Position numbers and translations under genes: made by a program
Virus record (IMG/VR): IMGVR_UViG_3300012663_000706
Source of the DNA: a virus
Lineage: Duplodnaviria; Heunggongvirae; Uroviricota; Caudoviricetes
Reading direction: 5' to 3' (one strand)
Length of the DNA stretch: 64,000 nt
Shown here: one piece after another, positions 20,216 to 29,619 of the stretch
Numbering within the stretch: position 1 is the stretch's first letter
How the letters are laid out: each line of letters opens with the position of its first letter
Notes under the pieces: model-generated
What the model saw: only the letters and a program-made list of their open reading frames with translations
Databases searched by the model: none
What the model was told of the DNA's origin: nothing

Positions 20216-20677
20216 TTACAAATTTCCGTCTTTTTCTGGAGTTTTGCCAATAGTGTAGCCTTCAGGGCAATGGCCCCATATTAATAAAGACTTAAGCCAT
20301 CTGGTCATTTCACCATCTCTGAAGAAATAAGGTGCTTTCATATTCTTTTTCATTCCAATCATTCGACTGTTAAATGAAACTTGTTTACCGCACCAAAACC
20401 ACATCGTAGGAGTCCAATTCTTTTCGGCATCAGAGTAAGATTTTCCGGTTGGAATCATCTTAATTAGCATTTCAGCAGATTCTTTTCCACTGTCAATGTC
20501 ATTTGCTTCAGCTTCTTTGCTTGTTAAACCAGCATCTTTGCCATCATCTTCTCTAAAGTTCTTAATCTGAGCAGGAGACATATTAATTAATTTGTTCCAC
20601 TCAGTCCAAGTTTCTTTAGAAGGTTCGGCAGAACGGTCTTCAGCTTCGAATAAGAATTGTTTAAATGATTTAATCAT
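20216..20677 (-). CDS. DUF3140-like protein with capsid-targeting-like leader
   Basis: INMSPAQIKNF...RWLKSLLIWGH pattern; leader MIKSFKQFLFEA. Confidence 0.6.
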   Translation of the reverse strand: MIKSFKQFLFEAEDRSAEPSKETWTEWNKLINMSPAQIKNFREDDGKDAGLTSKEAEANDIDSGKESAEMLIKMIPTGKSYSDAEKNWTPTMWFWCGKQVSFNSRMIGMKKNMKAPYFFRDGEMTRWLKSLLIWGHCPEGYTIGKTPEKDGNL

Positions 20678-20928
20678 TACGCTTTAGGCTGCTTCTTTTT
20701 GTATTTTCTTTTAGGCTTAACTGGTGCCGCATCGGCTTTAATAACTTTTTCTTTTACTTCTTTCGGTAAAACATCCATTTTAGGAGTAGGAATTTCAGTT
20801 TCTTTGTATTTCGAGTTAAGCTCGTCTAAAAAGATTTCAGTACTGTTTCTCTTGTCAGTAAATTTGCCAGCAATTCTATATGCAATATAGAGCAAAGCTG
20901 CTAGAATAGTGATTGTAAATAGATTCAT
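20677..20928 (-). CDS. Small membrane-anchored protein
   Basis: N-terminal hydrophobic helix and basic tail. Confidence 0.6.
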   Translation of the reverse strand: MNLFTITILAALLYIAYRIAGKFTDKRNSTEIFLDELNSKYKETEIPTPKMDVLPKEVKEKVIKADAAPVKPKRKYKKKQPKA

Positions 20929-20965
20929 AATTTAAATTTTAGTTCTTTTTATATATCATTAAAAC

Positions 20966-20993
20966 AAAAAGAGCCCTTTCGAAAAAGGGCTCT
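20966..20993 (-). terminator. Intrinsic terminator
   Basis: Stem AGAGCCCTTT/AAAGGGCTCT with flanking A-run (T-run on the minus strand). Confidence 0.75.
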
Positions 20994-21015
20994 AACCAAC
21001 ATAAGAAGGTTGTTA

Positions 21016-21261
21016 CTATGGCTGGGGTGTTTGACTTGGTTCGCCAGTAGGAGTAGTATTTTGTTTAAACAATACTTCTAATGTCGCAATTAGGCCGTTT
21101 GCTTCGTCTACCTTTCTGACTAGTTTATCCATCTCATCAATGATTTGAGGATGCTCGCCAATACCGACTGAATTACCAAAGTAAACTTCCATAGTAGCTA
21201 GTGCTTCTTTCTTTTGAGCTTCGTATCTTGCGAATAAAGCTTCTACTTTTAATGATGACAT
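21016..21261 (-). CDS. Small conserved-type phage protein (GIGEH motif)
   Basis: VGIGEHPQIIDEMDK coiled-coil motif; class-2 promoter upstream. Confidence 0.65.
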   Translation of the reverse strand: MSSLKVEALFARYEAQKKEALATMEVYFGNSVGIGEHPQIIDEMDKLVRKVDEANGLIATLEVLFKQNTTPTGEPSQTPQP

Positions 21262-21287
21262 AATTTAATTTTGTTTTGTTATGATAA

Positions 21288-22229
21288 TTATATTTGTTCG
21301 ACTAGGATTGTTTCATATTTTTTTAGATAATTTATGAGCGCATGGTCTTTTGCTTTAGCTTCTAAGTCAACATCGATCGATAATCCGTAAGAATTAACCT
21401 TTTCGTAGATGTAGTCGGCATGGGCACGATTAACAACTGACGAATCCTCGTGAATTTTCTTACATGAACTATAATGAACTAGCTGACGAATCCCTTCTGG
21501 CCAAGTAGTAGCTGCCAAATATAAGGCATCTTTTTCTGGCATTGGGTTGTCATAACACCAGTGGTGGTGATAGTCAAATACGATTGGAATTCCGGTAGCT
21601 GGAGATAGAATATTACACAAATCTTCGATAGAATATTGCGCTTTTTTATCGTCATTCTCGACAGTAAGGCGGGTTTTTACCGACTCGTCTAGAGTATCGA
21701 ATGCTTTGATAAAACGCTGAATAGAATCTTCTTTGCCGTTGGCCGTAGTATTGATATGGATATTGATTGCAGCTTCTTGAGTTCTAGGTAGACCCATAAG
21801 ATCCATGAATTCACCATGTTGATTAAGTTCTTTAATAGAACGGGTAACCACGGCTGGATTCATACTTGCAATTACACAAAAATGGCCAGGATGGAAGGTT
21901 AATCTTTGGCCAGCGTCCATTGCAATTTTACCAGCACCTTTAAGAAGATTAGAAATTTTAGAATAGTCTGGTAAGTCTTTAAGCTCATATTCAGACATCC
22001 ATGGCATCATATCAGAAGACATTCGGTACAACTTGACACCGTGTTGATTATTCCATTTAATGATTTCGATGAGGTCTCTGACGTTGTTAAGAGCAAGCTC
22101 GCTAGCATAATTGATACCCTTCTGTTCGAAAGTTCTTTTAATCATACCGCGACCGATTGTAATACCTTTTTCTTGCTGAAGGGTTAGATTTATACAGCAA
22201 TACCCGAATCTATTCTTCATATTCTCCAA
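21288..22229 (-). CDS. uvsE: UV-damage endonuclease UvsE/UvdE
   Basis: GYCCIN, YRMSSD, RLTFHPG, TVENDD, DYHHH, RAHADY and LEAKAK. The start may be 22220. Confidence 0.92.
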   Translation of the reverse strand: MENMKNRFGYCCINLTLQQEKGITIGRGMIKRTFEQKGINYASELALNNVRDLIEIIKWNNQHGVKLYRMSSDMMPWMSEYELKDLPDYSKISNLLKGAGKIAMDAGQRLTFHPGHFCVIASMNPAVVTRSIKELNQHGEFMDLMGLPRTQEAAINIHINTTANGKEDSIQRFIKAFDTLDESVKTRLTVENDDKKAQYSIEDLCNILSPATGIPIVFDYHHHWCYDNPMPEKDALYLAATTWPEGIRQLVHYSSCKKIHEDSSVVNRAHADYIYEKVNSYGLSIDVDLEAKAKDHALINYLKKYETILVEQI

Positions 22230-22353
22230 TTACGTTGTTTCTCCACCAGTTTTTAAATTTAGAATCGTCAGACATTTTAGCAATTCTAGCGTCTAAGACA
22301 AAAGGACCTATTACGATAATAAGTCCAGTTATTATATAGAGAATTAGTCCCAT
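22210..22353 (-). CDS. Small membrane protein (47 aa), below the ORF-track cutoff
   Basis: Translated by hand: MGLILYIITGLIIVIGPFVLDARIAKMSDDSKFKNWWRNNVIGEYEE; fills the gap. Confidence 0.5.
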   Translation of the reverse strand: MGLILYIITGLIIVIGPFVLDARIAKMSDDSKFKNWWRNNVIGEYEE

Positions 22354-22748
22354 TGTTTCTCATATTTGTACCAATGGTCAGCTCCTGCACAATCCATTAA
22401 AGAATCTAGGATAATAATATCCATGTCTTTGCCGTTGATGTTGTTAATAAAATCGTAAATTAATTGATGAGCTTCTTCGACATCTTCTGTCAATTGGAAT
22501 GCAGCTTCATTGAGAGCAGATATGGCTCGAGTTACAACAGTTTCATTGTTAGAATATCTGGTTCCTGGATAGAAATCTCCATGTGGAGCAATTTCGTTGA
22601 TTGATTTGAATATATCTTCATTAGTATTCCTTAATCGATAGACGCTGATTGCAGTTTCTATGATTGGTTTAATTTTACTAACGTCTGGCCATGGATTACG
22701 ACCTGATATTCCATTTGCTTTTACGTTTGATGCTTCGATTTTTTTCAT
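22344..22748 (-). CDS. Hypothetical early protein
   Basis: 134 aa ORF directly after a class-1 promoter. Confidence 0.65.
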   Translation of the reverse strand: MKKIEASNVKANGISGRNPWPDVSKIKPIIETAISVYRLRNTNEDIFKSINEIAPHGDFYPGTRYSNNETVVTRAISALNEAAFQLTEDVEEAHQLIYDFINNINGKDMDIIILDSLMDCAGADHWYKYEKQWD

Positions 22749-22758
22749 TTTGTTTATT

Positions 22759-22800
22759 TGTTATATGTAAATATAAACATTTTTCTTGACATAGAAAAAC
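22759..22800 (-). promoter_or_regulatory. Class-1 (early-type) promoter
   Basis: TTTATATTTACATATAAC core shared by 10 intergenic sites. Confidence 0.7.
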
Positions 22801-22810
22801 TTTTATTCAA

Positions 22811-22990
22811 TTATTTTTTAAATTTATTACCTCGTACAGTTGTATGAATATGGATTGCCCATGTATTGAAATCAGGTTTCTTAGAAGATTCGAATGTTTT
22901 CATTACCCTTGGTTGACCAGGAATTGGGTAATCTACAGGTTCTCCAGGAATTTCTCTTTTAAATAGAAGATCGTTGATTAGTTTTTTCAT
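22811..22990 (-). CDS. Small hypothetical protein (59 aa)
   Basis: Translated by hand: MKKLINDLLFKREIPGEP...; fills the gap. Confidence 0.5.
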   Translation of the reverse strand: MKKLINDLLFKREIPGEPVDYPIPGQPRVMKTFESSKKPDFNTWAIHIHTTVRGNKFKK

Positions 22991-22993
22991 AGT

Positions 22994-23230
22994 TTAGTTT
23001 TTTCTTACAAAAATCATTTCCTCTTCCCATGAACCAGATTCTAATTCTAGGTTGACACGACTAAGAGCATTTGTATATTTCTTTGGGTTACATGCCATAT
23101 CTACGGCAATGGTGGTAAATTCTCCAGAATCAGAAGGATCGACGTTTAAGAATCCACAATATTCAGGATGGTTTTTATCTAACTGATAGTCTCCGCTAAT
23201 CATGCTTAGATACTGTTCTAATTGAGTCAT
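22994..23230 (-). CDS. Hypothetical protein
   Basis: Start moved to ATG 23230 (MTQLEQY) to avoid overlap with the upstream gene. Confidence 0.55.
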   Translation of the reverse strand: MTQLEQYLSMISGDYQLDKNHPEYCGFLNVDPSDSGEFTTIAVDMACNPKKYTNALSRVNLELESGSWEEEMIFVRKN

Positions 23231-23231
23231 A

Positions 23232-23519
23232 TTATTTAGTTTTATAAAGATCAGTTGATGAGAATGCAAATCCAACGGTGTATTTACCATTAGTACCTTT
23301 GACTAAATATCTGCGACATCTGCGTCTAGTCGATGGATTTGTTAAGTTTACTAAATGGTGATTGAATGAACTACTTCTAGTGTATTCAGGTTTTCCTTGG
23401 CAGATTGTCTGGTAATGAGTGTCCATTTCTTTATAAGAAACTTCACCATTAAAGTATACGTAATCTAAGATTTCCTGAGTGATCCAACCGTGTTGTCCTT
23501 TTTTTAATCGAGTATTCAT
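23232..23519 (-). CDS. Hypothetical early protein (possible winged helix)
   Basis: 95 aa ORF directly after a class-1 promoter. Confidence 0.6.
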   Translation of the reverse strand: MNTRLKKGQHGWITQEILDYVYFNGEVSYKEMDTHYQTICQGKPEYTRSSSFNHHLVNLTNPSTRRRCRRYLVKGTNGKYTVGFAFSSTDLYKTK

Positions 23520-23536
23520 TGTGTTATTGTTAATTT

Positions 23537-23600
23537 GTTATATGTAAATATAAACATTATTTTTCAATCGGTAAAACTTTTATTCAAAAAGTTATTAACA
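23537..23600 (-). promoter_or_regulatory. Class-1 promoter with upstream TGTTAATAAC box
   Basis: Core motif plus box at 23591-23600. Confidence 0.75.
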
Positions 23601-23603
23601 ATT

Positions 23604-23852
23604 TTAAAATAAATCTTCTATGTTGGTTACGTCTTCGATGGCAACCTTGTAGATGTCTCCAATTTTGGTCATGACCTGACAATTAACTACAAACTTTTTA
23701 ATTACCGTACCGTAAACTGCTCCTCGGTTAGACCAACCTGAGTAATTATCGTGGTATCCTCCAGGAAGATTACCGATAAATGTTACTTTAGATCCAATTT
23801 TGATTGGAGTTTTAACTTCTGCTTGTTTCGCTGTTTTAATAAGAGTTGCCAT
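23604..23852 (-). CDS. Hypothetical early protein (SH3/KOW-like pattern)
   Basis: IKIGSKVTF...YGTVIKK; follows a class-1 promoter. Confidence 0.6.
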   Translation of the reverse strand: MATLIKTAKQAEVKTPIKIGSKVTFIGNLPGGYHDNYSGWSNRGAVYGTVIKKFVVNCQVMTKIGDIYKVAIEDVTNIEDLF

Positions 23853-23868
23853 TGTGTTATTGTTAATT

Positions 23869-23943
23869 TGTTATATGTAAATATAAACAAAAAACTCGAC
23901 ATAAAAAAATGCCGAGTGAATTATTTTCAAAAAGTTATTAACA
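23869..23943 (-). promoter_or_regulatory. Class-1 promoter with upstream TGTTAATAAC box
   Basis: Core motif plus box at 23934-23943. Confidence 0.75.
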
Positions 23944-24288
23944 TTATTTCCAGAAGATTTGGACGCAGATTATGATGAAAGAGAGTATTAAACAGATTAG
24001 GGTCTTGGCGTTGATCGCTTCATCCATCATAAGATAGGTTAGGATCGAAAACGAAATCATACCCATGGTAAATCCAATAAATCTGCCAGGCCATAGTTGG
24101 CCATCATAATGTTCTGCAATTAATCGAGTAGCCTCTATAAAAATATAGGATATTGTCGAACCACCGAGTACAGCAATCAATAATGGATTTCTTCTACACC
24201 ACGGCCAAAGGAATTGTCCATTTGTCTGAAACCAAATAAGGGATTGGCCGATTAAGAATAAGAAAATCCCATAAATTAATGCTCTCAA
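23944..24288 (-). CDS. Small multi-pass membrane protein
   Basis: About four hydrophobic segments; TTG start overlapping the rnhB stop. Confidence 0.7.
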   Translation of the reverse strand: MRALIYGIFLFLIGQSLIWFQTNGQFLWPWCRRNPLLIAVLGGSTISYIFIEATRLIAEHYDGQLWPGRFIGFTMGMISFSILTYLMMDEAINAKTLICLILSFIIICVQIFWK

Positions 24289-24917
24289 AATAGAGATTCG
24301 GTTTTTGTAGTCAGATGGGATATAAAACTTGGTCTATGCTCTATAGAAGGACCAACCTCTTGGATAGCTGTAATATGTTGCTTGGTTCCATATCCTTTAT
24401 TCGAACCCCATCCATATACTTTATTCTCTTCGGTTTCGTTTAAAGATTTCATTAAGTTATCTCTAGAAACCTTAGCAAGAATCGAAGCCGCTGCAATAGA
24501 TGTATATTTGTTATCTCCACCTACGATAGTAACGTAACTTTTATCTTTATAACCGTGGAATTGGTCTCCGTCGATTAAGACAAAATCGAAATCAACTTCA
24601 GCCTGAACATTTTCAAGAGCTTGGTTCATTCCAAATAAAGTAGCCTTTAGGATATTCATAGTTTCAATATGGTTAATATCGATATGAACTACTGAATATG
24701 CTATTGCATTTTCTAAAATAATTTCGTGTGCAGTTTTCTTTTGAGCTTCTGAAAGTAGTTTAGAATCTTTAACAAGTGGATGTGAGAAATCTGAAGGCAT
24801 AATACAGGCTGCAACCGTAACCGGTCCAGCTAATGCTCCTCTTCCTGCTTCGTCGACGCCAACTTCAATTAAGTTAGATTCGGTATTGTACTTTGATTTT
24901 AATTGGATTAATCCCAT
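24285..24917 (-). CDS. rnhB: Ribonuclease HII
   Basis: GVDEAGRGALAGPV, DSKLLS, IAAASILAKV, NKGYGT and HRPSF. Confidence 0.95.
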   Translation of the reverse strand: MGLIQLKSKYNTESNLIEVGVDEAGRGALAGPVTVAACIMPSDFSHPLVKDSKLLSEAQKKTAHEIILENAIAYSVVHIDINHIETMNILKATLFGMNQALENVQAEVDFDFVLIDGDQFHGYKDKSYVTIVGGDNKYTSIAAASILAKVSRDNLMKSLNETEENKVYGWGSNKGYGTKQHITAIQEVGPSIEHRPSFISHLTTKTESLF

Positions 24918-24919
24918 AA

Positions 24920-25330
24920 TTAGTCGATTGACGCTTTTAAATTTTCGTAAATGTTTTTGTACAAGGCATGCTGATTTTGGAATATTTCATTCTCCATTTC
25001 TTTTCTAATGTTTTCAATATGATGTCTAACGTAACTAACCATTTTATCGCCATCGGAAGTATTTACTGATTTTGATGCGTAGAACTTATGATTAGTAATT
25101 CTAACACTTTCGAGATCTAGCACTATAAAATAGTCTAGCTTCTTGTTCTCAAGATAATAAGTCTGACTTATTGGTGCAGTTAAGAATTTCGTACCAGGGT
25201 GTTTAACCATTGCTCTAACAATGGCATAAATGAATTTAGTATCTTCGGACATTCTAGAACGACCTCCACTAATTTTAATAAATCGAATCTTCGCTCGAGT
25301 TAATGCCCTTTTAAAAGAATGAAAGCTCAT
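24920..25330 (-). CDS. Hypothetical protein
   Basis: Track ORF overlaps PhoH; a class-2 promoter at 25362-25388 places the start at 25354 or 25330. Confidence 0.55.
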   Translation of the reverse strand: MSFHSFKRALTRAKIRFIKISGGRSRMSEDTKFIYAIVRAMVKHPGTKFLTAPISQTYYLENKKLDYFIVLDLESVRITNHKFYASKSVNTSDGDKMVSYVRHHIENIRKEMENEIFQNQHALYKNIYENLKASID

Positions 25331-25397
25331 ATAAAATTTGTCTATGTTAAACATGTACATTTTATATGAGCTTTTTTTAAAAAGTTTATTAGGAATA

Positions 25398-26093
25398 TTA
25401 CTTATGATTGTCGTACTTCCACTTCTCATATCGGCGTACAACCTCTTGTAAGATTTCTGCACGAACGATATCACTTTCACCAAACTGATGAACTCCAACC
25501 CCTTTAACGCCAGTCATTAGCTCGATAAATTGAGGTAGGGAAACTTTGCTTCTTTCGATATCATATTGACTAACGTCTCCTGCAATTACAACTTTACTGT
25601 CTTCTCCCATACGAGTAATGAATAACATTAGTTGTTTATAATCAGCGTTTTGAGCCTCGTCTAGAATCATGATAGCATCATCAAATGTATCTCCTCTCAT
25701 ATATGCTAAAGGCTGAAATTCTACCGCTCCACTGCCTAATAATTTATGAGCTTCGCTGAAACCGATAATCTTTTCGATGTTTGATGTAAATGACTTGATG
25801 TAAGGTGCAATCTTTTCATCGATTGTACCTGGTAAAAAACCTAGTTTTTCTCCAGCTTCCTGGATCGGCTTTGTTAAGATAATTCTTTTAATCTTTTTTT
25901 CTCTAAGTAGTTTAATTGCAGCGTAACATGCTGAAAAAGTTTTAGATGTACCAGCTGGTCCGTAACAAAATGTGATCTGATTTTTAAGAATAGTATCAAC
26001 GTATCCTTGTTGTGATTCTTTTAAATAAATTCTGTTTAGAGAATTTTCAGTGTTAGTTGTACTAACCTTTGCATTACTAGCTTTTCTTGTCAT
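25398..26093 (-). CDS. phoH: PhoH-family ATPase
   Basis: GPAGTSKT, LGFLPG, YMRGDTF, ILDEAQN and GDVSQYD. Confidence 0.93.
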   Translation of the reverse strand: MTRKASNAKVSTTNTENSLNRIYLKESQQGYVDTILKNQITFCYGPAGTSKTFSACYAAIKLLREKKIKRIILTKPIQEAGEKLGFLPGTIDEKIAPYIKSFTSNIEKIIGFSEAHKLLGSGAVEFQPLAYMRGDTFDDAIMILDEAQNADYKQLMLFITRMGEDSKVVIAGDVSQYDIERSKVSLPQFIELMTGVKGVGVHQFGESDIVRAEILQEVVRRYEKWKYDNHK

Positions 26094-26108
26094 TCTTGTT
26101 TGTTGTGT

Positions 26109-26369
26109 TTAATCTCCTGCCATTATGACAAGAGCTTTTAGTTTCATTAATGTGTCGCACTTCTCATACTCTTCTAAGTTTTCGAAGTATTCAATTAGTA
26201 ATTCTATAAATTTGGAGCGTTCTCCCATGCTGTGTGGAATTTCAATAAGATCCTTCCCTTCTTGAAACACAACAAAACGATTCACGGTTTTCGTGAAGTT
26301 ACGGGTGAGAGTATAATAACTCGCTCTCATTACGTTGTCTTTTTCTCGGCTTGAAATATTATTACTCAT
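26109..26369 (-). CDS. Small protein with C-terminal UVR-like motif
   Basis: YFENLEEYEKCDTLMKL. Confidence 0.65.
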   Translation of the reverse strand: MSNNISSREKDNVMRASYYTLTRNFTKTVNRFVVFQEGKDLIEIPHSMGERSKFIELLIEYFENLEEYEKCDTLMKLKALVIMAGD

Positions 26370-26441
26370 TCGCAGGTAAAAATCTTTTTATACATTATAT
26401 ATTTACCGGATAATCCGGAATGTTAACTATATTAACGTAAT

Positions 26442-26639
26442 CTATGATTCTTTTTCTGCATTTGTCCGTAGGTTTTGGACATATGATGCTTTACGAAACT
26501 CATCTCGTCTTTCTACCGATTTCTTAGTAAATTGCTGACGATCTCGTAAGTTCTTTATTTGTTTTGTTTTAATAACCTTGCGTTTGTATTGTTTTAACGC
26601 CTGTTCTATATTTCCGTTTTTAACTTCTATTATTAGCAT
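26442..26639 (-). CDS. rpsU: Ribosomal protein bS21
   Basis: [21 protein letters not shown]...LRDRQQFTKKSVERR...KASY, a Bacteroidota-type bS21. Confidence 0.9.
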   Translation of the reverse strand: MLIIEVKNGNIEQALKQYKRKVIKTKQIKNLRDRQQFTKKSVERRDEFRKASYVQNLRTNAEKES

Positions 26640-26890
26640 GATTCTAGTTCTTTTATTATTTTTTTAAGTTCTAAACACTTCTCATATTCTTCCTTGGCCT
26701 CAAACCAGTTTATAATAAAAGTTATTGCTTCAATTTTTTGTTCAATTGTCGAAGAGCTTTTAAGGGCATCTTGTGTTTTATTAACGATGGCATCATAAAC
26801 CATGTCCATCATTTTTTCTCGCGATGCTTTTTTAATGCTATTAAAAAAACTAAAACCATCGTCGTCTAAAGGTAAATCATCTTCTGTCAT
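26633..26890 (-). CDS. Small protein with C-terminal UVR-like motif
   Basis: [18 protein letters not shown]. Confidence 0.65.
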   Translation of the reverse strand: MTEDDLPLDDDGFSFFNSIKKASREKMMDMVYDAIVNKTQDALKSSSTIEQKIEAITFIINWFEAKEEYEKCLELKKIIKELESC

Positions 26891-27693
26891 TCCAATTCTT
26901 TAATTTTTTTAACTAAGTCTAACTGCGCTTCTGTTAGACCATGAAAATTCGCATGTACTTTAACCATTAGGTTCCCATACTCATTGTTCTTACTGTTATA
27001 TATTGGCATTCCTTTTCCTGGAATTCTCAATATTCTACCAGATGCGGTTTTAGCTGGAACGTCTATTTTATATTTGCCAAATGGGATTTCTACTTCAATG
27101 TTGGCACCTAAAATCAGGTCATAAAAATGAAGGTAAGCATCTACCCATATATCGCTTCCTTGTAGAATTAATGAATCGTCTGGATTGATATTAATATTAA
27201 TAATCAGATCTCCTCTTTGAGCGTTACTATTAAACCTATTGTAATCTCCTCGGCCATAGACTTTTAATACCATTCCATTGTGTAAACCTTTTCCAAAATC
27301 TACTCTAACTGAATCGTGTCCAAAATCAAAAGTTTTACTACATCCATTATAGGCTTCTGCTATAGTGAATGTCGCTCTAACGGTAACATCAGCTCCTTTA
27401 GAATTTTGTCTACTACTAAAGTTTTTGTCAAAGTCTCCAGACCAATTACCATATTGGTTAAATATGTCCTGAAAATTAAACTCTTTAAAGGTAGATTTTC
27501 CATCATACTGATCGCGTTTAACTTGATCAGATAATACCTCATACGCCTCTTGGATCTGCTGAAATTTATCAGTAGCGTCTGGTTTGTCTAGATTCCGGTC
27601 TGGATGGTGAAGTTTTGCAAGATTTCGGTAAGCCGATTTAATCTCGTCCTGTGTTGCTGCCTTTTGAACCCCTAATATTTGATAATAATTCAT
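26887..27693 (-). CDS. dnaJ: DnaJ-family co-chaperone (class B/CbpA-like, no Zn finger)
   Basis: NYYQILGV...HHPDRN J-domain plus DnaJ C-terminal domain; start set at 27693. Confidence 0.9.
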   Translation of the reverse strand: MNYYQILGVQKAATQDEIKSAYRNLAKLHHPDRNLDKPDATDKFQQIQEAYEVLSDQVKRDQYDGKSTFKEFNFQDIFNQYGNWSGDFDKNFSSRQNSKGADVTVRATFTIAEAYNGCSKTFDFGHDSVRVDFGKGLHNGMVLKVYGRGDYNRFNSNAQRGDLIINININPDDSLILQGSDIWVDAYLHFYDLILGANIEVEIPFGKYKIDVPAKTASGRILRIPGKGMPIYNSKNNEYGNLMVKVHANFHGLTEAQLDLVKKIKELE

Positions 27694-27829
27694 TTTTGTC
27701 TCTATTAAGCTGTTCTTTTCGCATTTCAATTATACTTTTCTTCTGATCACGTTCTATAACGTCAGCAATTCGCTTTAATTGGGCTGTGAGTGCAGCCATT
27801 GCTTCTAATAATTTTGGTTCTGTTGCCAT
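27638..27829 (-). CDS. Small hypothetical coiled-coil protein
   Basis: 63 aa; overlaps the DnaJ start by about 56 nt. Confidence 0.45.
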   Translation of the reverse strand: MATEPKLLEAMAALTAQLKRIADVIERDQKKSIIEMRKEQLNRDKNELLSNIRGSKGSNTGRD

Positions 27830-27873
27830 AATTTTCTTATTTAAAATATATGTATCTCATAAAAAAAGGAAGC

Positions 27874-28185
27874 TTATGCCTCCTTTAATTCTTCAAGATA
27901 CGACTGTATAGTTTTACATTTCTCGTATTCTTCAGTTTCAACAAACCAGTTCAACATAAAGTCTAGTGTGTCTTTTAATTGATTAGAGCTTAAGTTAGTT
28001 AATTTCATCTGCTGAACGTCAATTCCTCGTTGTTCAATTGATTTAAAATTAGCTCTAACCAGCTGATCGACCACATCGTAGTAAGTTGCCTTTACTTCAT
28101 TTGCTTTCATAATCTGCGTTATTTCGTCTTGTTCAGTTTCTTCGTTAAAATTATCATCGAAGTCGTTATAATCATTTTCGTACAT
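27874..28185 (-). CDS. Small early protein with C-terminal UVR-like motif
   Basis: WFVETEEYEKCKTIQSYL; follows a class-1 promoter. Confidence 0.65.
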   Translation of the reverse strand: MYENDYNDFDDNFNEETEQDEITQIMKANEVKATYYDVVDQLVRANFKSIEQRGIDVQQMKLTNLSSNQLKDTLDFMLNWFVETEEYEKCKTIQSYLEELKEA

Positions 28186-28202
28186 AGTATTTATTTTGAT
28201 TT

Positions 28203-28265
28203 TATAATGTAAATATAAACAATATTTTTCAAACGGTAAAACTTATTTTCAAAAAGTTATTAACA
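28203..28265 (-). promoter_or_regulatory. Class-1 promoter with upstream TGTTAATAAC box
   Basis: TTTATATTTACAT core plus box at 28256-28265. Confidence 0.72.
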
Positions 28266-28267
28266 AT

Positions 28268-28999
28268 TTAGGCTGACCTAATCGGTTGCATATTGGCAAA
28301 CTTTAAGACTAGACTGCCGGCTGCTTCAATATCTTCTTCACAATAGTTTTTAATCTCTTCAATTTTACCAGAATAGAATGCGGCTCCTACTTCTCCAGCC
28401 TGCATATCGTCTTTAGGGTTCTTAATTCCTAGTAGTAAACAAATATGAGCTAGTGCAGCGCTTGACCAGCCTCCAGCCTTCCATACTTCGTAAGTGTCGA
28501 CTAGACAATTTTCCCAAGGTTTCATCTTGTGCAAGTGTAATTGTCTAGGTAATTCAATCCCATGAAGGATTGATTTCTTAATAATGTACGGTAAATCAAA
28601 TCCTTTAATATTGTGTCCGACTATTTTAATACCTGGGGCTTTAAAGAATACTTGACTCATAAAGTTTGCGAAGCTGCTTAGTATGTCTCTCTCGTCTTCG
28701 CCGTAGAAAGATTTCTTTTGCATGTATGGATCTTCAGTTACCTCGTCAAATTTAACCTGACCAACTGAGATACAAACTATTCTACCCCATTCTGGAGATA
28801 AAGCAGCTTTTTGAAAATAGATTTCTTCGTCAGAAGATTCTCTAAGTTCAACATCTTCAGCCTTAATAAATTTAGCCTTACGATCCCAGAAGCTCATGAG
28901 TTCAGGATGCGTTTCTTTTAATTCTCCAAATGTTTTAAAACCTGAAGTAGTTTCAATGTCGATGAATAGCATCGACTTAATTTCTTCTTTAGTGTACAT
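28268..28999 (-). CDS. DEDD-type 3'-5' exonuclease (PolB-exo-like, standalone)
   Basis: FIDIET, GHNIKGFDLP and YCEED; start set at 28999. Confidence 0.85.
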   Translation of the reverse strand: MYTKEEIKSMLFIDIETTSGFKTFGELKETHPELMSFWDRKAKFIKAEDVELRESSDEEIYFQKAALSPEWGRIVCISVGQVKFDEVTEDPYMQKKSFYGEDERDILSSFANFMSQVFFKAPGIKIVGHNIKGFDLPYIIKKSILHGIELPRQLHLHKMKPWENCLVDTYEVWKAGGWSSAALAHICLLLGIKNPKDDMQAGEVGAAFYSGKIEEIKNYCEEDIEAAGSLVLKFANMQPIRSA

Positions 29000-29000
29000 A

Positions 29001-29282
29001 TTAATTGTATTTGCTTTTAGTGATTTCCGGAATTTCTTTGATAATATCAAAAATAGAACAAGGATAAATCCAGTATGAACGTCCTAATTTAGCAGCATCT
29101 GCTGGAGAAGCTGGAACAGAAAATGAATACCATTTAACACCATATGCCCTGGTTAGGTTTTCGTTTTCTTTGATTAATGTACCTTGATAGATGGACATTT
29201 TAGCCCACATAAATTCATACATTTTACCTATTTTAGGATTTTTAACGTTAAGTACTGGTACTTCTTTCGGTTTCTTAGCCAT
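29001..29282 (-). CDS. Hypothetical early protein
   Basis: 93 aa ORF directly after a class-1 promoter. Confidence 0.6.
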   Translation of the reverse strand: MAKKPKEVPVLNVKNPKIGKMYEFMWAKMSIYQGTLIKENENLTRAYGVKWYSFSVPASPADAAKLGRSYWIYPCSIFDIIKEIPEITKSKYN

Positions 29283-29291
29283 ATATCTAAT

Positions 29292-29352
29292 TTGTTATAT
29301 GTAAATATAAACAAAATAATTGACATAAAAAAATATTTATGCAATTACTTTC
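29292..29352 (-). promoter_or_regulatory. Class-1 promoter
   Basis: ATGTC-N10-TTTATATTTACATATAAC. Confidence 0.7.
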
Positions 29353-29379
29353 AAATTATATGAAAAAAAAGAAGATTGT

Positions 29380-29619
29380 TTAATCGTTGGACTCGAAGGG
29401 ATCGGCCCATGTTTTAACCGAACGGACCTTTGTATATTGGTCGTAAGTTAAATGTATACCAATGTAACCGCCTGAAATAGAATAAGGCGCGTCAGATTCG
29501 GAAAACCAGTAAGGTGGCGGAGTATCAATTCTATCATTCAAGAAATCAAATAACTCATCGACTAGCATGTGATGGATATAAATTGTAAGAACCATGCATT
29601 TGTTATTTGGATAGCCCAT
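29380..29619 (-). CDS. Hypothetical protein
   Basis: 79 aa; weakly similar to 46058-46264. Confidence 0.55.
   Translation of the reverse strand: MGYPNNKCMVLTIYIHHMLVDELFDFLNDRIDTPPPYWFSESDAPYSISGGYIGIHLTYDQYTKVRSVKTWADPFESND

Noticed and set aside
22332-22359. Additional class-2 promoter match (GAAAC-N17-ATATAA)
   Set aside because: Off-consensus spacer, and it overlaps the start of a plausible 47 aa ORF; not counted.
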